Shown here piece after piece: positions 57,366 to 64,000 of a stretch of 64,000 bases of DNA. The stretch's first letter is position 1; each line of letters starts with the position of its first letter. A model generated the notes under the pieces. The model was not told the origin of the DNA, made no database searches, and worked only from the letters and a program-made list of their open reading frames with translations. This DNA comes from Escherichia phage ALITA. Made by a program: the position numbers and the translations under genes. The DNA is taken from the sequence record PP359570; one strand, 5' to 3'.

Positions 57366-57736
57366 GGTATCGCCCTTTCTTTGTTGTGCGCCCTGGTTGG
57401 CGCGGTAGAAAGATGATAGCCGTTTCCTTCATATATAGCAAGCAAAAAAGAAATGAAAAAAAGATTAAAAAATGGTTGACGTTCCTCACCTGGTAGCGTA
57501 GTATTCATCTTGTCGAGGGGGGCAAGACACAACGACAATAAACAATAGGCGGGTGCAATGCAAGACGGGCAAAGGTGAGGATCTCCACAATCCACCGTCA
57601 CAATAACATTACTTATAAAAGGTTGATAACGATGATCAAGAAAGAAAATAGCTTGACGGTTGGAACGATTAACGCTATCATTCTTGCCGTTCCATTTTGG
57701 ATTGTAGTTGCGGTTATTATTTTCTAAAAAAATATT

Positions 57737-57764
57737 CTTGACAACGTTTTTTAATCTGATAAGA
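57737..57764 (+). promoter_or_regulatory. Sigma70-like promoter
   Basis: TTGACA-16-TAAGAT, followed by leader hairpin 57775-57794. Confidence 0.6.
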
Positions 57765-57817
57765 TGTATCACATAGGGCGGCAATAGTGCCGCTCATAAC
57801 AGAAGAGAGAAATAATC

Positions 57818-58090
57818 ATGGCATCATATAGCGCATCAATGATTGTAAAGGGTATCACTGGTAAACCTATGCGCGGTGGCGGATCTTTCGCTAACATCAA
57901 TATTGATGGACGTTTATCCCTGGACGCAGCGATCACAGTGGCACGGGAAACATTTAAAAAAGAATGTAATTTCAATAAACAAGATTATCTCGGTTTTGCT
58001 ATTGAAAAAACCGCGCGCTTTGTGGATTATAAAAGCCCGAAAATGATCGACACTACACTAAAAGCGCAAGATGTAGCGTTTTTGCTTTAA
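57818..58090 (+). CDS. Hypothetical early protein
   Basis: 90 aa; promoter-hairpin-SD unit upstream. Confidence 0.55.
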   Translation: MASYSASMIVKGITGKPMRGGGSFANINIDGRLSLDAAITVARETFKKECNFNKQDYLGFAIEKTARFVDYKSPKMIDTTLKAQDVAFLL

Positions 58091-58093
58091 GAC

Positions 58094-58122
58094 TTGACAC
58101 TGAAAAATAATTTGATAATATA
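58094..58122 (+). promoter_or_regulatory. Sigma70-like promoter
   Basis: TTGACA-17-TAATAT, leader hairpin GGCGGGGAAATGGTTTCCCGCC at 58133-58154. Confidence 0.6.
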
Positions 58123-58176
58123 TACCACATAAGGCGGGGAAATGGTTTCCCGCCAAATCAAAGAAAGGGTAATGCA

Positions 58177-58539
58177 ATGAGCAAGCAAATCAATACTATC
58201 ATGTTTAATCTGGTATCTTTCCGCGATGACGTGAAAAACCTTTCGCGTGATGCAGTGGATGCACGGATCGAAAGCTATCGCACACAGATCGCAACGTTAC
58301 CGCTGAAACGTGATCAACATGCCGCTAATATGATGCTTGATGCTATGATTAAAAAGATGATTCAATGTGATCTTACCCTGGCTTATGAATATGCTGGCGA
58401 TCTCTTTGTAACATATAGCAAGCCCGTTCCAGGTATGAGCACCACGGAAGAATTGCATGCCTTAAATCTGCGACAAGATGCATGGGATAACATGCGCCGT
58501 GTTATGGTATGGGTAGAAAGCGGTAAAATTTACGAATAA
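58177..58539 (+). CDS. Hypothetical early protein
   Basis: 120-aa ORF. Confidence 0.55.
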   Translation: MSKQINTIMFNLVSFRDDVKNLSRDAVDARIESYRTQIATLPLKRDQHAANMMLDAMIKKMIQCDLTLAYEYAGDLFVTYSKPVPGMSTTEELHALNLRQDAWDNMRRVMVWVESGKIYE

Positions 58540-58545
58540 AAACGG

Positions 58546-58573
58546 TTGACATTGCACTAAAACCTGATAAGCT
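58546..58573 (+). promoter_or_regulatory. Sigma70-like promoter
   Basis: TTGACA-16-TAAGCT, hairpin AGCGGGAATAGTTCCCGCT 58581-58599. Confidence 0.55.
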
Positions 58574-58617
58574 ATCTTAAAGCGGGAATAGTTCCCGCTT
58601 ACATAGGATAAAACTTT

Positions 58618-58764
58618 ATGAAACAATATGTAATGAGTATTCACACCAAAAACGGCGCTACTGTTACGACTCCGGCACGGTTTGCACTTGTAAACCGTTG
58701 CAAGAGACTAAAACGAGAGCTAAAAAACAACCGTGCAACGGGCTTTAAACGCTGGGGAGGATAA
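58618..58764 (+). CDS. Small basic protein
   Basis: 48 aa, below ORF-track cutoff. Confidence 0.35.
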   Translation: MKQYVMSIHTKNGATVTTPARFALVNRCKRLKRELKNNRATGFKRWGG

Positions 58765-58766
58765 TC

Positions 58767-59027
58767 TTGTTTTTTCTAAAAGTTTTTGATAATGTGATCG
58801 CTTTTGAACATGCTACAACGTTCGACCTGGCGAGATACGCTATCAGGTTTAAAGATAATGTTTATCCCCGTGCTGGCGGCGGTTACACTATTTTTAATCA
58901 TCGCAACGCGCAACTAACTGATATAACTAATCCAGATCCTGGAGTGTATCGGATAGGCTGGCTACCGTCAAAAGATGCGGCAAGCATGTTTAAGGTATGT
59001 AAACTACTAACAGAAGAGGCGAACTAA
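58767..59027 (+). CDS. Hypothetical protein (TTG start)
   Basis: 86 aa; SD GGGGAGG 9 nt before TTG; coupled to upstream small ORF. Confidence 0.4.
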   Translation: MFFLKVFDNVIAFEHATTFDLARYAIRFKDNVYPRAGGGYTIFNHRNAQLTDITNPDPGVYRIGWLPSKDAASMFKVCKLLTEEAN

Positions 59028-59028
59028 C

Positions 59029-59583
59029 ATGGGGCGTGAATATGTGATCCAGTCCTGGGTAAAGCATGATGCTAATGATCCGCGCATAATACCAGATGAC
59101 ATGATCGATCACATGGTAGGGTATAGCGGGGAGCAGATAGGAAATCGAGCGGCAAAGAGCAACGGCAACACCAGGACGCGATCCGTTCGCCCTGGATGGC
59201 TGGCAAATGGTAACGCTGACATTGCAAGCGCCGCAGATCCAAGCGATGACGCTAAAAATAATCCCTTATACAGTATTGATCCGGCTTTTAAGGTGTTGGA
59301 AGAGTATCCCGCTAAATTAGCCGCACTAGATAAAGCATACGAAGAAAAACGGGTGGCATGGACTGTATACAACACCGCTAAAATGGTGCTAGATGCAAAA
59401 TTGATTAAAGCCCAGGAGAAGATCAATAAACTTGTTACCATAGCGCAAGAGGAAGACCAGGACGACCAGGAGGAAGAGGAAGAAATCATGCCTAACCTGG
59501 AAGAGGAAGAGATCCAGCCATACACGCCGACAGAAGAGGAAAAAATACAAGCCTTAAAAAATTATAAAAATTGTATTGTGTAA
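59029..59583 (+). CDS. Hypothetical protein with acidic D/E-rich C-terminal tail
   Basis: 184 aa; EEDQDDQEEEEEIMPNLEEEE. Confidence 0.5.
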   Translation: MGREYVIQSWVKHDANDPRIIPDDMIDHMVGYSGEQIGNRAAKSNGNTRTRSVRPGWLANGNADIASAADPSDDAKNNPLYSIDPAFKVLEEYPAKLAALDKAYEEKRVAWTVYNTAKMVLDAKLIKAQEKINKLVTIAQEEDQDDQEEEEEIMPNLEEEEIQPYTPTEEEKIQALKNYKNCIV

Positions 59584-59586
59584 GGC

Positions 59587-59615
59587 TTGACATATGCAAA
59601 CAAGCCCCGTAATAT
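59587..59615 (+). promoter_or_regulatory. Sigma70-like promoter
   Basis: TTGACA-17-TAATAT. Confidence 0.5.
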
Positions 59616-59663
59616 GTACCACATAGAGCGGGGCAACCCCCTCAAAGGTGAAATAAAAATCAC

Positions 59664-59691
59664 TTGACAACTGAAATCAGTAAGCTATAAT
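59664..59691 (+). promoter_or_regulatory. Sigma70 consensus-like promoter
   Basis: TTGACA-16-TATAAT. Confidence 0.65.
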
Positions 59692-59728
59692 GCTTATATA
59701 AATTAAAGCGTTACTAAGGAATAAAATC

Positions 59729-60094
59729 ATGGCTAAAAATATCAATGTTTCTGCTTATGCTACCCTGGCTAACACTGCTAAAATTGAACTATCCAGCATT
59801 GAAGCGGTACATATTAGCGCCCGTCGCTGGTTTCAAAAGTCTTATGGTAATACTTATTTCTCTTTGATGGTTGACGTTGAGATCGGCGGTAAACTGATTG
59901 AAGTCGTTAACGTTCCGTTTCAATATGGTTATGGTGATCATTTTGATACCGTTGCCCTAGAAGAGTTTAGCAAGGTTATCAACCTGGAAGGTAAAGACTT
60001 TTCAAATTATGCTTACCTTTCCCGTTTTTGCCGTGATAATGGGATCGCTGTATACAGTCATGCAAGCGATGTTAAACGTAAAAAAGATTTATAA
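59729..60094 (+). CDS. Hypothetical early protein
   Basis: 121 aa, SD AAGGA. Confidence 0.55.
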   Translation: MAKNINVSAYATLANTAKIELSSIEAVHISARRWFQKSYGNTYFSLMVDVEIGGKLIEVVNVPFQYGYGDHFDTVALEEFSKVINLEGKDFSNYAYLSRFCRDNGIAVYSHASDVKRKKDL

Positions 60095-60100
60095 AAAGTA

Positions 60101-60128
60101 TTGACAGCACGAATAAAAAGCGTAAAAT
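60101..60128 (+). promoter_or_regulatory. Sigma70-like promoter
   Basis: TTGACA-16-TAAAAT, hairpin GGGGGAACGGTTTCCCC 60144-60160. Confidence 0.6.
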
Positions 60129-60183
60129 GTTTTATATCAGGACGGGGGAACGGTTTCCCCTCCTAACAAAGAGAGAAATAAAA

Positions 60184-60366
60184 ATGGCTAAATGCACTAT
60201 CTGTAAGAAAGAAATAGTATTAGTTCCAAGCGCCCGTGAACGTGCCGCTAAGTTTGGTGGCAAACCGTCAGACTATACAAAAATGTTCACTACCCATGCA
60301 GCTTGCCAGGTAGCGAAACGTTCACAAGAAAGCGTAGAATTAATGCGTAAACTTTCCAAAAAATAA
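60184..60366 (+). CDS. Small Cys-containing protein
   Basis: Start at ATG after SD (MAKCTICKK...), 60 aa. Confidence 0.5.
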   Translation: MAKCTICKKEIVLVPSARERAAKFGGKPSDYTKMFTTHAACQVAKRSQESVELMRKLSKK

Positions 60367-60368
60367 TA

Positions 60369-60396
60369 TTGACAAAGTATTTTATTACTATATAAT
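60369..60396 (+). promoter_or_regulatory. Sigma70 consensus-like promoter
   Basis: TTGACA-16-TATAAT, hairpin GCGGGAATAGTTCCCGC 60411-60427. Confidence 0.65.
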
Positions 60397-60451
60397 GGTT
60401 TACATCGAGAGCGGGAATAGTTCCCGCCTCACTGAAAAAGAGATTAACATC

Positions 60452-60691
60452 ATGGCTAAATCTAAAATGTACAACGGTCACAAAAACAAAACTCATTGGA
60501 ATGTAAGCCTTTGGATCAACAACGATGAAGGTTTTTATAATCTTGCGCGTGAATTTATCGCAGCTAACACCAATAAGAATGACGCAGCGCGGGATATGAT
60601 GTTATTTCTTGAAAGTATGGATCAAGATAAAACGCCAGACGGTTACAAGTTCAGTAAAACTGCAATCCGTGCCGCTATGGTTGGAATGTAA
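60452..60691 (+). CDS. Hypothetical early protein
   Basis: 79-aa ORF. Confidence 0.55.
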   Translation: MAKSKMYNGHKNKTHWNVSLWINNDEGFYNLAREFIAANTNKNDAARDMMLFLESMDQDKTPDGYKFSKTAIRAAMVGM

Positions 60692-60786
60692 AGGAGACAT
60701 AAAAATGAAACATCGTTCGACCTATCTGACAAAACGTTTTAGCTTAGATCATAAATTAGGCTATTACGGAAGAAATAGAAAATAAT

Positions 60787-60814
60787 TTGACAACGTTTAA
60801 AATTAGTGTAAGAT
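60787..60814 (+). promoter_or_regulatory. Sigma70-like promoter
   Basis: TTGACA-16-TAAGAT, hairpin GGGCGGGAAATGGTTTCCCGCC 60826-60846. Confidence 0.6.
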
Positions 60815-60868
60815 GTATCACATAGGGCGGGAAATGGTTTCCCGCCAAATCAAAGAAAGGTTATCATT

Positions 60869-61096
60869 ATGGCTATCGTTATTGTTCGCGTATCCGGTAC
60901 GGTTGGGATCTCCCAGGTAGTAGCAGTTATCACCGAGAAGAAAGGAGATGATCTTCACTCCTCCTTGAATAGCTGGGCGGTCGCTAACTTTGGGCAATGG
61001 TCGAGCGTTGAGTACATCGAATCCTACCAGGTGCCAACGATTAGCCTAACCGATCTAAATGTTGATCGCTTGTTGTGCCTGGATCAATTAAACTAA
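60869..61096 (+). CDS. Hypothetical early protein
   Basis: 75-aa ORF. Confidence 0.5.
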   Translation: MAIVIVRVSGTVGISQVVAVITEKKGDDLHSSLNSWAVANFGQWSSVEYIESYQVPTISLTDLNVDRLLCLDQLN

Positions 61097-61104
61097 AAAT
61101 AATA

Positions 61105-61132
61105 TTGACAAGATAACTAAAATCAGTAAAAT
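61105..61132 (+). promoter_or_regulatory. Sigma70-like promoter
   Basis: TTGACA-16-TAAAAT, hairpin GGGCGGCAATAGTGCCGCTC 61143-61162. Confidence 0.6.
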
Positions 61133-61183
61133 GTAATGCATAGGGCGGCAATAGTGCCGCTCCTAGTGAGAGAGATTATCAAG

Positions 61184-61399
61184 ATGGCTAATATCCGCAC
61201 ACTGTTAAAAAATGCAAGTCAAGTTTTATTTTCAGATGACGAGTATTTCAACAAAGACATTACAGGCGTGAAAAATTTAAAAGACGTGAAGGATGTTATC
61301 GGTATCCGTGGATCTTTACGTAAAGGTGACATATACGGTAACAAGGTGCAATATAAACTGTCAAAAGATTATGATTTTACTTTGACATTTATTTCATAA
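61184..61399 (+). CDS. Hypothetical early protein
   Basis: Start at ATG after SD (MANIRT...), 71 aa. Confidence 0.5.
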   Translation: MANIRTLLKNASQVLFSDDEYFNKDITGVKNLKDVKDVIGIRGSLRKGDIYGNKVQYKLSKDYDFTLTFIS

Positions 61400-61405
61400 A
61401 ACCGC

Positions 61406-61433
61406 TTGCAATACTGCAAAAATAAAGTAAACT
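61406..61433 (+). promoter_or_regulatory. Sigma70-like promoter
   Basis: TTGCAA-16-TAAACT, hairpin GGCGGTGGAATAGCCCACCGCC 61446-61467. Confidence 0.45.
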
Positions 61434-61489
61434 GTATTCATCAAGGCGGTGGAATAGCCCACCGCCTAACAAAGAGAAGAGGAAACATC

Positions 61490-61660
61490 ATGATCACTTT
61501 CGCTACCCGTGAAGCCGCTCGCAACGTTGCACGTAAAGTTAACGCCGCCAACCTGGGCGCTACGCTTAAAGCCCCGGTAAAAGATGAATCAGGTAAATGG
61601 ATCTTCCCTGGTCTGCGTCACGCTGATAAGCTGGGAACGTTAACGCTAAAAAATAAATAA
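61490..61660 (+). CDS. Small basic protein
   Basis: 56 aa. Confidence 0.45.
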   Translation: MITFATREAARNVARKVNAANLGATLKAPVKDESGKWIFPGLRHADKLGTLTLKNK

Positions 61661-61667
61661 AATCCGC

Positions 61668-61696
61668 TTGACAGTAGCATCATTTATAAGTAAAGT
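61668..61696 (+). promoter_or_regulatory. Sigma70-like promoter
   Basis: TTGACA-17-TAAAGT, hairpin GGCGGGAAATGGTTTCCCGCC 61706-61726. Confidence 0.5.
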
Positions 61697-61746
61697 AACA
61701 ACAACGGCGGGAAATGGTTTCCCGCCATCAATAAAGAGATAAGATC

Positions 61747-62106
61747 ATGAAATCAGTAAAAGCAATTAAAACTTACATTGTGTCGGCTATTTCTTTTGAT
61801 GGTACTACAACCGAAAAAGAAAAGATCACCGAACTGATGCGCCGTTTTAACTCTGAATACTGGTATCCCGATAATCAAAAACGTTACAATTATAACGTGA
61901 TCAAGGCAATAGCCTCATGGTTACAAGGTTTACCGTCAGAAATCAATATTGCTTTTGATTATAACGAGATCGATCACTTGTTAATTGAATGGAAGTACAT
62001 AAAAGAAACAAGCAAAGAAACAACCGTTACCCGTGAGCGGGAAAATTATTGGTTATATATTGCAAGCATGATCGTAATCCTGGCAAAACAGCATAACGCG
62101 GCGTAA
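61747..62106 (+). CDS. Hypothetical early protein
   Basis: 119-aa ORF. Confidence 0.55.
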   Translation: MKSVKAIKTYIVSAISFDGTTTEKEKITELMRRFNSEYWYPDNQKRYNYNVIKAIASWLQGLPSEINIAFDYNEIDHLLIEWKYIKETSKETTVTRERENYWLYIASMIVILAKQHNAA

Positions 62107-62120
62107 TTAAGAGGAAAAAA

Positions 62121-62258
62121 CATGAACGCATCACAGCAGATCGAAAAATTCAACCGCAGCAAGGCGCGTAAAGATTGGAACGAAGAGATCACCAAAAAAG
62201 GCGACAAGCGGAACAAAACAAAAAGAGATCGCAGCACAAAAAGATACTGGAACGAATA
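62121..62258 (+). CDS. Small highly basic protein
   Basis: 45 aa, K/R-rich, SD AAGAGGA; followed by terminator. Confidence 0.35.
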
Positions 62259-62260
62259 AC

Positions 62261-62289
62261 AAAAAGGGCGCAATAAGCGCCCTTTTAGC
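62261..62289 (+). terminator. Intrinsic terminator
   Basis: AAAAAGGGCGC-AATA-AGCGCCCTTTTAGC. Confidence 0.8.
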
Positions 62290-62376
62290 TTATATAGAGG
62301 CTTGTTACCCATAGGCAATGGTAACGCCAGGGCAAGCCTATAAATCAACGTTAGACGGCTTTACAGGAGCTTTAAA

Positions 62377-62559
62377 ATGAGATTAGAAGAAATAAGCAAG
62401 GCACTAGCCCAGGGGCAAAGGTTAAACGCCCGTTATCGTGATCAATATGGCTTCATAACTAGCGGCGTGATCCTGGGGATTGAAGGCAATAAGATTTTTA
62501 TTGACACGTTGAAAAACGTTGTATATAGTGACAATATAATCTCAATAAAACATATATGA
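62377..62559 (+). CDS. Hypothetical small protein
   Basis: 60 aa, SD CAGGAGC. Confidence 0.4.
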   Translation: MRLEEISKALAQGQRLNARYRDQYGFITSGVILGIEGNKIFIDTLKNVVYSDNIISIKHI

Positions 62560-62567
62560 GGCAAGAA

Positions 62568-62969
62568 ATGAAAAAATTATTGATCGCTGGTTTAATCTCT
62601 TTTGGCATGGTTGGAACATCTAGCGCGGCGATATCCTCCACAGTAGCAGAATTAAGCGCCGTTGATGCAATGGAAAACGTCATGCTTATTAATAATGCGA
62701 TCCCCGATGAAATCATGGAGGATTCACACATGATCGCTTATGGTGCTGTTACACAACTAACGGCAAAAATAGATAAATCTATTGTTAATGGCTTAAATGA
62801 AGATGTACCATGTGAAATTATTACCAGTGTGCTCACTACTCAAAATTTTACGCCGTGGTTAAAAAGTATTCAAAAAGTACACAGTACAGCCGCAGATCGT
62901 AGCAATGAAAAACTAGTGTCAGCACTTGCAACGTATACCCTAGCAAAATGCACTGAAATAAAAGATTGA
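62568..62969 (+). CDS. Secreted/periplasmic small protein
   Basis: Start at MKKLL after SD GAGG; signal peptide LIAGLISFGMVGTSSAAIS. Confidence 0.5.
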   Translation: MKKLLIAGLISFGMVGTSSAAISSTVAELSAVDAMENVMLINNAIPDEIMEDSHMIAYGAVTQLTAKIDKSIVNGLNEDVPCEIITSVLTTQNFTPWLKSIQKVHSTAADRSNEKLVSALATYTLAKCTEIKD

Positions 62970-62994
62970 CAGCATAGAAAGCACGTTATAAGAT
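62966..62994 (+). promoter_or_regulatory. Sigma70-like promoter
   Basis: TTGACA-17-TAAGAT. Confidence 0.5.
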
Positions 62995-63016
62995 ACACAC
63001 AACAAAGGAGAACTAC

Positions 63017-63319
63017 ATGAACGGCATAGCTAAAACGTTTTTTCTTTTTTCTGGTGTAAATGATCCATCAATAAAAGTCGATAGTGTAAAAGAAAACAAT
63101 ACTATCACCGCTAAATTGTTTCAAGATGAAACAAATAACGTGCTAATCATTAATCTTAAAGAAATAACTAAAGGTTATTATACTATTGCTTACCATGCGA
63201 TCTATCATGCTGGTACTAGCGAGGAAGTGCAAACAAGCAACAACGAAAGCGCGGCGCTACCTGGTGATCTGGTGCTGGGTGTTATTAGTTTAATTGTCAA
63301 TGATTTTTTTAAGGAGTAA
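63017..63319 (+). CDS. Hypothetical protein
   Basis: 100 aa, SD AAAGGAG. Confidence 0.5.
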   Translation: MNGIAKTFFLFSGVNDPSIKVDSVKENNTITAKLFQDETNNVLIINLKEITKGYYTIAYHAIYHAGTSEEVQTSNNESAALPGDLVLGVISLIVNDFFKE

Positions 63320-63577
63320 AACCATGCCCTATTTACATTTATTTTTCGGGATCTTATTGTCAGGATCTTTTTTCTTCTGTATGCTTGTTTCTATTGTAAA
63401 CCACGTTTTAAGACATTAAGGAAACAGCATGAAAATTATTCCCGTACAATATAGCGTAATAAATCCAGCATATGAGGAAGGAAGGAAAACAAGCATGGCT
63501 TTATGTTGTATTGTTACTATAGCCATGTTGTTATATATTGTGTTTTAATAGGTTTTATAGTTGTACGCTTTAAAGGC

Positions 63578-63605
63578 TTGACAATTTTTTGTTATGCTTT
63601 AAAAT
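63578..63605 (+). promoter_or_regulatory. Sigma70-like promoter
   Basis: TTGACA-16-TAAAAT. Confidence 0.5.
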
Positions 63606-63648
63606 ATATCTTGAAAACGGCAAAGGCCGCAAACAAAAGGGTAAAATT

Positions 63649-63972
63649 ATGAAATCTGTGATCGGTGTTTATTTGGATAACTCTGATTTTTTCTATCATC
63701 GCGCGCGTTTACTTGATGCTATTGAAATGATAGAATCAGGCTTTAAAGAGTATCGCCTTGCACATGATGACCTGGAAGCATTACAGGGCAATAGTGTTTT
63801 TACATTGCAAGCGAAAGCACTATGCAAAAGCCGGATCGAGATTGCAAGTAAAAAGATAGAGCGCGGCATGTCCTGGTTACGCACCGCAGAAATCAACATG
63901 GGGCAATGGTACGGCAAAAACTTAGAAAATAAACATGCTTTTGTAAATGTAGAAAATATTGAAGATTATTGA
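63649..63972 (+). CDS. Hypothetical protein
   Basis: Start at internal ATG (MKSVIGVY...) downstream of promoter. Confidence 0.45.
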   Translation: MKSVIGVYLDNSDFFYHRARLLDAIEMIESGFKEYRLAHDDLEALQGNSVFTLQAKALCKSRIEIASKKIERGMSWLRTAEINMGQWYGKNLENKHAFVNVENIEDY

Positions 63973-64000
63973 TTGACAGCACACCTGATAAGGAGTATAT

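Noticed and set aside
56290-57500. Possible tRNA gene or genes in the noncoding region, as large phages often carry tRNAs
   Set aside because: No GTTCGAATCC-type T-loop or cloverleaf could be built by eye anywhere in the window. A computational tRNA scan is still needed to be sure.
57001-57784. ORFs 57001-57207 (+), 57274-57489 (-) and 57362-57784 (-) in the GC-rich noncoding region
   Set aside because: They overlap each other and the promoter/leader of the first early gene, lack ribosome-binding sites, and have Pro/Arg-rich composition typical of spurious ORFs in GC-rich DNA.
59109-59525. 138-aa minus-strand ORF inside the 59029-59583 gene; similar antisense ORFs at 740-1030, 7300-7539, 17324-17575, 37751-37975 and 54929-55342
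   Set aside because: Each lies wholly within a longer, well-supported gene on the other strand, has no SD, and has low-complexity or odd composition. Treated as frame-shadow ORFs.
1-64000. Prophage or host chromosomal origin of the window
   Set aside because: There is no integrase, attachment-site-like repeat or host housekeeping gene; the content is late structural, replication and early-gene phage blocks. The GC-richer early region is more simply explained as a distinct phage module.

Overview
This window reads as a virulent tailed-phage genome segment with three transcriptional blocks; no tRNA, rRNA, CRISPR array or integrase was seen. All calls are from reading the sequence and ORF track by eye; no database search was run. 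(1) 1-13565, plus strand: late structural genes, including baseplate-like proteins and at least three receptor-binding proteins (pectate-lyase-like tailspike, collagen-like fibre, Ig-like/SGNH-esterase fibre). (2) 13601-50776, minus strand: a DNA methyltransferase cassette, then replication and nucleotide genes (SSB-like, family A T7-like DNA polymerase, T7 gp4-like primase-helicase, intein-containing UvrD-like helicase, NrdD/NrdG), four tandem glycosyltransferases, a SleB-like cell wall hydrolase, and many small ORFs. (3) 50895-64000, plus strand: small early-type genes, an AAA ATPase paralog, a T5orf172-like protein and a NADAR protein, then a 0.8 kb noncoding repeat region and an array of small genes each behind a sigma70-like promoter and a conserved 5' leader hairpin. 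The most unusual content is an ~9 kb minus-strand operon (27223-36564) encoding TerD, a TerY-like vWA protein, TelA-like and TerC homologs together with a phosphoribosyltransferase, a HAD hydrolase and a macro-like protein.
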